From Deltaproteobacteria bacterium (GTDB lineage: Bacteria; Myxococcota_A; Polyangia; HGW-17; JAJRWW01), in contig JAOZUO010000002.1 in the NCBI GenBank assembly GCA_029938605.1, positions 11,365 through 62,872 on the forward strand: a stretch of DNA of 51,508 bases, read 5' to 3'. Positions 34,064 to 42,500 of the stretch are shown piece by piece. The notes below the pieces were generated by a model that made no database searches, was not told where the DNA came from, and worked only from the letters and a program-made list of their open reading frames with translations. The translations under genes and the position numbers were made by a program. Every line of letters begins with the position of its first letter. Within the stretch, counting starts at the first letter, position 1.

Positions 34064-34810
34064 ATGATGGAAAAGCAGATTGTCTCGTACCTGCCCAAAT
34101 TGGCTGACTTTTGGCGACTCGAAGTCGAGCAATTGGAAGAATACTACCGTGAGCTCCAAGGAAGCTCGCAGTTCTATGAGGATCTGAACCAGAAGGTGGC
34201 CGACGTGCCGCAGTTCAGCGGCACAACATTTTCCCGACCTATGCAATTGCGAGTCTATCGCTGCATGCTGTATCTCTTCACCCGGTCACACAAGCCCGAG
34301 CTGTTCATGGAGACGGGCGTTCAGCACGGATTCAGCAGTGCGGTTATCTTGCTTGCCATGGGTAAGAACCAGTCTGGGAAGCTGATATCGGTGGACATCC
34401 CCCCAGACGATCCGCGCATGACAGGGCAGGGGACTCTCGGGCTTCCCCCAGGCAAGGGGCCCGGCTGGATCATCCCAGATAGAGTACGGCAGCGCCACGA
34501 GCTGCACCTGGCGCCGGCCGAGGAGCGTGTTCCCAGGTTGCTATTCAAGCTGGCCAAACTGGGCGGATTGGACGCATTTCTGCATGACAGCGACCACTGC
34601 TACCCGCACATGATGTTTGAGATGGCCCTGGCGTGGAAATACCTGCCACCCCGAGGGATGTTGCTCGTGGATAACATCGAGCAAAACACTGCCTTTGACG
34701 AGTTCAGCCGGAATGTTGACGGAGACTGCATCACGATCAGCTCATTCGACGGCCCGGACAGGACGTGGCGCCACGGGCTTGTGAGAAAGCCCCCGGCGAA
34801 CCAGGGCTGA
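34064..34810 (+). CDS. Class I SAM-dependent methyltransferase (Methyltransf_24-like)
   Basis: METGVQHGFSS, LISVDIP, GWIIP, FLHDSDH, AW..L...G.LLVDN; 2 nt after the previous stop. Confidence 0.85.
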   Translation: MMEKQIVSYLPKLADFWRLEVEQLEEYYRELQGSSQFYEDLNQKVADVPQFSGTTFSRPMQLRVYRCMLYLFTRSHKPELFMETGVQHGFSSAVILLAMGKNQSGKLISVDIPPDDPRMTGQGTLGLPPGKGPGWIIPDRVRQRHELHLAPAEERVPRLLFKLAKLGGLDAFLHDSDHCYPHMMFEMALAWKYLPPRGMLLVDNIEQNTAFDEFSRNVDGDCITISSFDGPDRTWRHGLVRKPPANQG

Positions 34811-34834
34811 TGACACTTGAAGGTTGGCGTTTCG

Positions 34835-34897
34835 AAGTACATCACCCGCGCCCCCACCCCCAAGACCTTCGGCCGGTCCGCCGGCTTATCGTGGAGT
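34835..34897 (+). repeat. Degenerate, internally deleted copy of the alpha-2-macroglobulin 3' end
   Basis: 34835-34860 matches 28719-28744 at 25/26; AGACCTTcGGCCGgTCCGCcGGC matches 28795-28817 at 20/23 with only synonymous changes; then ATCGTGGAGT. Confidence 0.85.
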
Positions 34898-34903
34898 CGA
34901 AGG

Positions 34904-36040
34904 CTATGGCGAGTCCACGCAGCCGCAGCCGCATTCGTTGTAGAAGCTGTTTTGCTGATTCGGGAAGCAGTCGATGTCGATGGTCTCGCACTCCGCCGGA
35001 TCGTGGGAGGCGTACCACACGCCGGGATCGCTCTCATCGGGGCAGGGCGTGCAGCAGACGCCCATGCCGCATTCGCCGGAGTGCGCCTCGTTCCAGCGCC
35101 AGTCCGTGCCGAACCCATCGCTGCAGGTGGGCTGCACGTAGTCCCCGTACAAGCAGTAGCCCTGGGCGTCGCCGCAAGCGTTGGTGGGGCAGGTGGCCCG
35201 CGCCGCCCAGCACTGGTCGGCGGTGTCCCAGGTTTCGGCGCAGTCCGGCCCCTCGCAGCAGCAGATGATGGGTCGGCAGAAGCTCCCGTCCCAGTAGTAG
35301 CCGCTGACGTTGGTGCAGGGATCCATGCAGCCATCGATCTGTTGGGGGGCGCAGTCGCAGGACGGCAGGGACGTGCAGTAGCCGTACCCCTCGGTGATGC
35401 AGCACTGCTCGAAGCACAGTTCGGAGTCCTGTTGGACCCAGAAGCAGTCACCGTTGCAGTTGCCCCTTTCGTGCTCGTTGCAGGGCTGGTCCACGGGGAC
35501 GCAGACAATGGCCCGCTCGACGCACATCCAGTCGTCAGGATCGCCCCCGTCCGGACTACAGTCGGCCATGTTGAAACAGCCGCCCCCGTAGTAGAGGATC
35601 TGGCAGCCGGGCATCTCCTCGCACTCTCCGTAATCCCGGTCGGCGCAGGGCGAGGGGGAGATGCATCCGGGCACCTGCGCGCTGGCGCAGTCGGACTCCG
35701 TGGCGTACAGCCGGTCGCAGTCCGGACCCACGCAGACGCAGTGGATGGGGACGCAGCAGCTCCCTTCCCAGGCCCAGCCCACCACCTGCGCGGGGCTGCC
35801 GCAGGAGGTCAGGACCTCGGTGGCCTCCATGGGCAGGCAGGGATCCTCCACCTCGGCGTCCACTGTCTGAAGCTGGGCGTCGGCGCCCACACCACCGTCG
35901 TCGTGCGTTGCGCCGCCGTCGATGTCCTCCGCGCCCAGGTTTCGTCCACCGCAGCCCACCGCCAGCACCATCACTACCACCACCACCGCGGGCCCCAGCA
36001 TTGTCAATGCGCGTAGATTGTCTTGGATTGGCCGCTTCAT
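34904..36040 (-). CDS. Cysteine-rich acidic lipoprotein
   Basis: Lipobox LAVG-C; very high Cys content; two related G[WY][AY]W[ED]GS.C.PI.C.C.GPDC modules; C-terminal NECGCGC. Confidence 0.85.
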   Translation of the reverse strand: MKRPIQDNLRALTMLGPAVVVVVMVLAVGCGGRNLGAEDIDGGATHDDGGVGADAQLQTVDAEVEDPCLPMEATEVLTSCGSPAQVVGWAWEGSCCVPIHCVCVGPDCDRLYATESDCASAQVPGCISPSPCADRDYGECEEMPGCQILYYGGGCFNMADCSPDGGDPDDWMCVERAIVCVPVDQPCNEHERGNCNGDCFWVQQDSELCFEQCCITEGYGYCTSLPSCDCAPQQIDGCMDPCTNVSGYYWDGSFCRPIICCCEGPDCAETWDTADQCWAARATCPTNACGDAQGYCLYGDYVQPTCSDGFGTDWRWNEAHSGECGMGVCCTPCPDESDPGVWYASHDPAECETIDIDCFPNQQNSFYNECGCGCVDSP

Positions 36041-36139
36041 GTCGCTTCGCTTCCTAAGGACCCTAAGGATGCAATGCACCTTTGGAGTCTATTCACTCGC
36101 AAAAAACATGCCAGTGTCGCGTCGTGACATCACGGGCAG

Positions 36140-37852
36140 TTACCCACGCCCAGTCTCAGATTTCCGTGGAATCACCCGTTTCAGATGGGCGTAGGGGGGG
36201 TGGGTGGCCAGGCGCCGGTCCTTGATGGGGCCGCCCACGGTGAAGTGGTACAGGGACTGAAACCGCGCGTCGGGCAGTCCCATCAGGCGGTGTACCGCGT
36301 CATCGAAGAAGCAGCCGATGCCCGTGCCTCGCAACCCCACGGCCTCGGCGTTGAGGTAGAGCGATTGCCCCAGGGCGCCGGCCTCCCAGAAAAGGCGGCG
36401 ATACCACCAGGGCCCCTGGTTGAGTCCCTCTTCCAGCTCAGCCACCATGCCCACGGAGAAGGCCGAGTCCCCCGCGATGTCCTGGCGGCAACAGAGCGCC
36501 GCGGAGAGGTCGCGCAGGTCCAGGGTCTGTAACCGGCGGAGCTCGAGGTGGTCCGGGGCGCCCTCAACGGGTTCCCAGCAGTGCTCCGGATCCAACGCTC
36601 CTCGCAAGGTCTCGACGACGCCGGGGCGCCGGGGGAGCAGGTAGAGTCCGGCCGGTACATCCTCCACCCGATGCACGAACAGGAGCAGGTGGATGCGTGG
36701 TTCCCAGCCGAGGGCGGCCAGGGGCGGCACGTCCGCCCGCGGGAGGGTGGCGTCGATCATGCGGTAGAAAGCCGCCGCCGTCATGTGTGTCACGCCGTCG
36801 AAGGCCTGGGCGCTGCGGCGCTGTCGAATGAGGCGCAGTGCCTCCGCGTTGCCCGTGGCCGGCAAGGGAGGGAGGTCGCCCGGAGACCAGCGATGGGCGG
36901 GCGGATCGGGGGTGGGCGGATCGGGGGTGGGCGGATCGGGATCGGGCGGGACCCGGCAGGCCTCGGCTATCTCGCCGATGACATTCCAGTCCCGCCGCTG
37001 GGCGCTCAGTCGGTTGGGTTCGCCCTCCCAGGTCGCGCCCCGCAGTCCGGCGAGCAGAGGCGCGGAGAGCGGGGGAGAGGTCGCCACCTCGGGACCGATC
37101 CAAAGGAGCAGATCAGGCGACTCCTCTTCGGGCGCCTTTGCGGCCTCGGACCTCGGCAACCCGAGCAGGCGGATGAGGTTATCGTCGCTCCAGGCCTCGA
37201 GCCAACGTGTCTGCCAGCCCAGGACCGCGGCGGCGAAGGACAGCGCCCCCACCGCGTGTCCCACGTCGAGCTGGCAGTATCGATAGGCCCGCTCCCCGTA
37301 CTTCCACGCCTCGCGCCAGTGGATGGAGCTCAACCCCACCAGGACTCCCTGGCTCTGGTTTTGGTTCTGGTTTTGGCTCAACTCCTGCCAGGCGCGGCTC
37401 CATCGCTCGGGGTCCGGCCGCGCGCGTCGCTCCAGCAGGTGCTCGGGGCTGGTGTAGTGGTACACGCCCCCCTCCAACCCAGCGAGGTTCGGGCAGACGA
37501 GATAGCCCTCGGTGGGGTGCAGGTTGCCGCTGGACGGGTTGCATCGAAGGGCCCACCGCTCGGGTCCGATGGACTTCCACGCCGCCAGCCCCAGGGAGTG
37601 TTCGAACAGCCCGGCGACGGACTCGAGGTTGACCGGTTGCGCGGCCACTGTCCCAGGTCGGAGACAGTCGTCGTAGGGAATTTCCGTTGTGGCGGTCCAC
37701 AAGGGGAGGTCCACGGTCTCGGAGTCCGCCCAGGTTCGGAAAGGCTCGGGCTGGTTTGCCCAGTCCAGCCCCTGGGGTCCGGCCGCCGACTGCTCGGGCT
37801 GGTGCTTGGTCCGCTCGTGATAGGCGCGCACACGCTGCGTGGGGCTCGGCAT
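36140..37852 (-). CDS. SagB/ThcOx-family tandem nitroreductase-domain protein
   Basis: YHERTKH, LDWANQP, LRCNPSSGNLHPTEGY, REAWKYGERAYRYCQLDVGHA, IRQRRSA, GTGIGCFFDD, QSLYHFTVG; start placed at ATG 37852. Confidence 0.9.
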   Translation of the reverse strand: MPSPTQRVRAYHERTKHQPEQSAAGPQGLDWANQPEPFRTWADSETVDLPLWTATTEIPYDDCLRPGTVAAQPVNLESVAGLFEHSLGLAAWKSIGPERWALRCNPSSGNLHPTEGYLVCPNLAGLEGGVYHYTSPEHLLERRARPDPERWSRAWQELSQNQNQNQSQGVLVGLSSIHWREAWKYGERAYRYCQLDVGHAVGALSFAAAVLGWQTRWLEAWSDDNLIRLLGLPRSEAAKAPEEESPDLLLWIGPEVATSPPLSAPLLAGLRGATWEGEPNRLSAQRRDWNVIGEIAEACRVPPDPDPPTPDPPTPDPPAHRWSPGDLPPLPATGNAEALRLIRQRRSAQAFDGVTHMTAAAFYRMIDATLPRADVPPLAALGWEPRIHLLLFVHRVEDVPAGLYLLPRRPGVVETLRGALDPEHCWEPVEGAPDHLELRRLQTLDLRDLSAALCCRQDIAGDSAFSVGMVAELEEGLNQGPWWYRRLFWEAGALGQSLYLNAEAVGLRGTGIGCFFDDAVHRLMGLPDARFQSLYHFTVGGPIKDRRLATHPPYAHLKRVIPRKSETGRG

Positions 37853-38030
37853 GCCATACACGGTAACGTTGCTTTGACGGATGTCCAGACCTGTGGGTCT
37901 GTGGAAACCAGTCAGGAGAGCAGCAGGAAGGACTTGAGCCCGGCCCCCGCTGACTTCGCGGCGATCTTCAGCACCGCCCCGGCTCTCTCTTTCAGGTTCG
38001 TCATGGTGTACCAATGAGCTGGTAGCGCAT

Positions 38031-38843
38031 CTACCACTTCTTGAGGTGGAGAATTCCCTTCTGGCAGAACAGGGAGATTGGCGGGGCGCCACGGCCGAGT
38101 CGCGCCCGGGCCCAGTGGGGCTTTGTTGCTTCGAGGGGAAAGGCGCTCTTGATCTCGTCGGTTTTGGCTTCGGCCGTGATCAGAGCGTGGAGCTTGGTCG
38201 AGGCGTGCAGGGTCAGCGCGCCGGACTCGGTGCGGGCCTCGTTCTTGCCGACGAGCTGGGTCTCGGGTCGGAGCCAGAGGTTCACCTCTCCGAGGCGCGT
38301 ACGGAGCCTGAAACGGCGAGGTGCCCCACGCAGCATGATGTTGCCCTCGTTGGTGGTGAGCGTCACCTGGCCGGTGACGCCCCGGGCCCGCATCTCTCCG
38401 CGTTTGGCGGTGGCCACGATATTGCCTCGCACGTTGGTCAGGTTGATGTGGCCATCGCCGGTCTTGAGCACGAGGTGGGTGGACGGTGGGACCGTGATTC
38501 TCAGGTGCATGTGATACTTTTTGCCGCCCTTACTCGACGGGCTCTTGCCGACGATGCTGAGCAGCCCCTTTTTCTTCGTTACGTGCACCTTGATGTGTTT
38601 GAGCTTGGAGTCAGCGCTCCAGACCGCGCGCACCTTGCGTAAGATCTTGAGTGACACCATGCCCTTTCGGCCGGCCGCCACGGAGATATAGCCGGTGGAA
38701 ACCGTGACGTGGACCTGCGTGGATTTGGCCACGGGGATGAACTGCTCTGTACGACGGGTGGCCACAGACCCCTTGCAGCCGGCCAGCGCGAACCCGGCGG
38801 TGGCACAGACGACCAATAGCGTTCGGGGCACAAGGAGTCGCAT
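38031..38843 (-). CDS. DUF4097-like beta-strand-repeat lipoprotein
   Basis: Lipobox LAG-C; ITVPP followed by repeated T..G.I units. Confidence 0.75.
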   Translation of the reverse strand: MRLLVPRTLLVVCATAGFALAGCKGSVATRRTEQFIPVAKSTQVHVTVSTGYISVAAGRKGMVSLKILRKVRAVWSADSKLKHIKVHVTKKKGLLSIVGKSPSSKGGKKYHMHLRITVPPSTHLVLKTGDGHINLTNVRGNIVATAKRGEMRARGVTGQVTLTTNEGNIMLRGAPRRFRLRTRLGEVNLWLRPETQLVGKNEARTESGALTLHASTKLHALITAEAKTDEIKSAFPLEATKPHWARARLGRGAPPISLFCQKGILHLKKW

Positions 38844-38920
38844 GGAGTCAACGCTTCCTGGGAGTGAGTGGCTCACAATACGACGGACCGCCCCCCGGTA
38901 CGAGCACTTTCGGGCGGTGC

Positions 38921-38950
38921 TTGACAGCCTCGGACTCGTGGACCTAGCAT
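38921..38950 (+). promoter_or_regulatory. Sigma70-type promoter for 39005-39493
   Basis: TTGACA-18 nt-TAGCAT. Confidence 0.4.
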
Positions 38951-39004
38951 CGGATGCGGGTGGCGTCCACGCGTCGCTCTCCCACGGAAGGACCGACGGA
39001 ACCC

Positions 39005-39493
39005 ATGACAGCAGGGCGAATCAAGAAAATCTCCGCCGGCTCCGATGTGGAGTCCATGTGCGGCAAGTGCGGCGACACCTGGCACGTGGTGGTGGCCATG
39101 GTGGGCAGCAACATCGCCAAGGTGCAGTGCAAAATGTGCGGAGGGCTGCACAAGTACCGCCCCCCCGGCCCCAAGACAAGCTCCAAGGGTGGCAGGGCCG
39201 GCTCCAAACTCCCCAAGACCGCCGGCGGCAGCCGTTCCCGCAAGGCTGCTCCCCCCGCCGAGCCCGAGGGTCCTACGGTGGATCCGGACTACAAGCGCGA
39301 CATCCGCACCTACCGGGCCAACGAGCACTTCGAGGTCGCCGACCGCATCCAGCATCCGACCTTCGGGCTCGGCGTGGTGGAAGAGTCCGATGACGGCAAG
39401 ATTACCATCTGGTTCCCCAACGGTCGCAAGAGGTTGGCGCAAGCGGCTCCGGCCCCCAAGCTGGAGCGTCCCCCGCCCATTCAGTGGGACTAA
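39005..39493 (+). CDS. Zn-ribbon protein with C-terminal HPTFGxG Tudor-like domain
   Basis: CGKC...HVVVAM...VQCKMCGGLHKY; basic linker; IQHPTFGLGVV. Confidence 0.75.
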   Translation: MTAGRIKKISAGSDVESMCGKCGDTWHVVVAMVGSNIAKVQCKMCGGLHKYRPPGPKTSSKGGRAGSKLPKTAGGSRSRKAAPPAEPEGPTVDPDYKRDIRTYRANEHFEVADRIQHPTFGLGVVEESDDGKITIWFPNGRKRLAQAAPAPKLERPPPIQWD

Positions 39494-39516
39494 GAGTCCG
39501 TTCCGAAAGTAGTTGG

Positions 39517-42500
39517 TCAGGGCAGGGCTACGCGGTCGTTATGACGGAGGGCCCGTCCGGTGTTCAGTAGGAGCCCCAGGGCCAGGTCGAGCTGGGCCCG
39601 GACGCGGTTGCCCACGCGGGAGATTCCGAAGACGCGGGCCGTGGACTTACACAGCTCCTCGGTGGGCAAACTGATGTTCTGGGTGAGCAGGACCGCCATG
39701 GCGTTGGCCAGCTCCTGGGGCGGGATGTCCTCCGCGGCGCGGTCGCTCTGTGGGTCCTGGGTGGGCGTGCGGATCTCACGATAGGTGTCGGGGTCCTGGT
39801 CCGTGGACCAGAAGAAGTCGTCCACCCGGTGGGCCAGGTCTTCGTCCACCAGGCCGAGCACCCGCTGACGGACCCGGCCCGTGACCCGGGAAATGTCCCA
39901 GCAGTCCGTCACCCGATGTACGAGCCGTTCGAGGCTGATGGGGCTCTCGGCGGCTTGCAGTTGGCGCAGGAGACTCTGGATTTGGCGGGTGGCGGCGGGG
40001 GTGTCGAACTCCTCCGGCGTGCCGATCACCTCCAGGCTGGCCGGTACGTATCGCGAGGAGCCGGGCAGTACCGCCTGGTGGGCCTGGGAGGCTGCGTTCG
40101 TAACCAGCTCCATGGCGCTTGGCTCGGCGAGCTCCCCGTTGTTCGAGGTGTCGGTCTTGGCTTCGGTCTCGGCTTTGGGCTTGGCTTTGGGCTCGACCGA
40201 TGCCCGGGCGTCCTTTCGGGCATCGGCCAGGGCTTGATCGAGGCGCGCCAGCTCGGCGTCGGGGCTCCGGAACCAGTCCACGGACCAGATCCGGTGCATC
40301 CGCCAGCCCAACCGCTCCAGCACCGCCGGGCGCAGGGAGTCGCGGTCCCTTGCTGTCTCGCCCTGGCGGTAGACCACGCCGTCTCCTTCGATTCCCAGGA
40401 GGTAGCCATCGGGGGCGGCCGGATCCGTCACCGCCAGGTCCACCCGCGCCTTGGAGCAGCCCACCTTGGGCGCCAGGTCCCACCCTCGTTTAAGGAGGGT
40501 GGCGTGTAGATCCGCCACCAGGGGATCCTCGGGCCCAACCGCCCCATGGGTTGGTGCGTCCGATGGGGTGGACTGCGCGAAGGACTCGGACAGGGCGCCC
40601 GGCCCACCGGCGGCGTATCGCAGGAAGGCGTGCAGGTGGTGCACCCCGACGGCCCGGGTCTTGGTGAGGTTCATGTGCTCGGGGCGCAAGGTGGAAAAGA
40701 CCAGGAGCTGCTCCCTGGCGCGGGTCACCGCCACGTTGAGCCGCCGCTCTCCGCCGACGCGGTTGAGGGGGCCGAAGTGCATGGAGATCTTGCCGTGGCG
40801 ATCCTTGGCGTAGCAGATGGAGAACATCATCACGTCCCGCTCGTCTCCCTGGACGTTCTCGAGGTTCTTCACGAACACCGGCTCGGGTCGGTCGTCACGG
40901 AAGAAAGGATCGATCTCGGGGTGGGCCCGGCGAGCCTCCTCGAGCAGGTTTTCGATGAGGGTCTGCTGGGGCTGACTGAAGGTCACCACCCCGATGGAGC
41001 GTCCCTGGTCGGCTGGGGTTTGTAGGCGGTGTAGGATTTCGGCCACCACCGCCTCGGCCTCGGCCCGGTTGGTGCGGGTAGCCCCCTTGTCGTAGATCCC
41101 GTCCACGGGGATCCAGCGCACACCCAGCCGTTGGGGATCCGTACCCGCCGCCGGGAAGGTCAACAGGCTCCCGCCATAGTAGTGAAGGTTGGAAAAGGCG
41201 ATGAGGTGCTCGTGGCGGCTACGGTAGTGCCACCGCAAGCGGCAGCGCGGCAGTCCCGCAGCTACGCACTCGTCCAGAATGGACTCCAGCTCCCCGAAGT
41301 CGTCCTCGCTGGGGTTGTCCTCGCTGTCGGAGCGTCCGAAGAAGTTCGTGGGCGGGAGCTGGCGGGAGTCCCCCACCACCAGGAGTTGGCGGCCCCGGGC
41401 GATGGCGCCGATGGCGTCGGACACGGGGATCTGCGAGGCCTCGTCAAAAATCACCAGATCGAAAGGCGGCAGTGCGGGGTCCAGGTACTGGGCGATGGAG
41501 AGCGGGCTCATGAGCACGCAGGGCTTGAGCCGAGGCACCAAGCCTGGGATCTTTTCGAAGAGCTGTCGCACGGGCAGGTGGCGCCGCTTCTTCTGGATCT
41601 CACGAAGCAACACGGCCAGCTCCGACCCCGCCACCGCACCCTGGCCCGGGTCGGGAACGGAGTCGGCGAGTCGGGCGTAGCTCTCCTTTTGCACCAGCCC
41701 CATGAGCTGGTCGTCCAGGTCGCGGAACCGACTGATGCTCCGCTCATGGCCGGCCCCGTGGAAGTCACGCAAGGCGGGCTCGGCGGCGGTGACCGCATCC
41801 AGCCAGGCCCGGTGGAAGGAGCGGTCGAAGCAATCGGTCAGCCCGTCTGCGTCTACCTGGCCCGTCTCCAGACCGTGCAGCAGAGGCTGTAGGCCCAGGG
41901 TGACGGCCTCGTTGGCGGCGGCGCGAAACTGGCACCATGGGCGCAGCTCGGGCAGGGCCGTGCGCCAGGCGGTCAGACGATGTCCCAGCCAGGCCAGGTG
42001 GTCGGGCGCCTCGGGCGCCCCCCAGGCCAGGTCCGCGTCCAAGGTAAGCAGCGCCACGAGGTCGCCCCGTCGGGCGTCAAAGGTGTCCCGGGCGGCCACC
42101 AGCCGGGCCAGGGCTTTGCCTGTGGGATGGTCCGCACCACCCTGCTCAGGCTCCTCACAGGCCAACCGCATCAAGTGTGCCCGGACCTTATCGGCTGCGA
42201 CCGCGTCCAATCCATCGGTCAGGATCGCGATCTGGGTGCGGAACCGGGCGCACCAGATCAGAACCTCGTCCAGCTCGTTCCAGTCTGAGTCCGCGCCCTG
42301 CCATCGCCTTCCGAAGAGTCGCTCCCCCTCCCCGGCGGCGGTGCTCAGGTGACCGTCCTCGGCGTTCACCCGTTGGGCCGCCGAGAGGTGGGATCCGATG
42401 TCACGGCTGGGGGGGATGGACCCTTGCCGGGAGACCGCCTTCAGGGTGCGCCGGCCTGTCCAGAGCATGATCCAGGCCAGGAGGAAGAAGGCGTTCGCCC

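Noticed and set aside
34817-36016. 399-aa plus-strand ORF starting MKVGVSKYITRAPTPKTFGRSAG
   Set aside because: Only its first ~20 codons are the macroglobulin remnant; the rest is antisense to the Cys-rich lipoprotein
36895-37380. 15-bp (PDPPT) and 6-bp (QN) repeats inside the nitroreductase
   Set aside because: In-frame linker expansions
36140-37852. SagB-like gene as evidence of a RiPP (TOMM) cluster
   Set aside because: No YcaO, precursor peptide or transporter nearby; this tandem-domain family is often stand-alone
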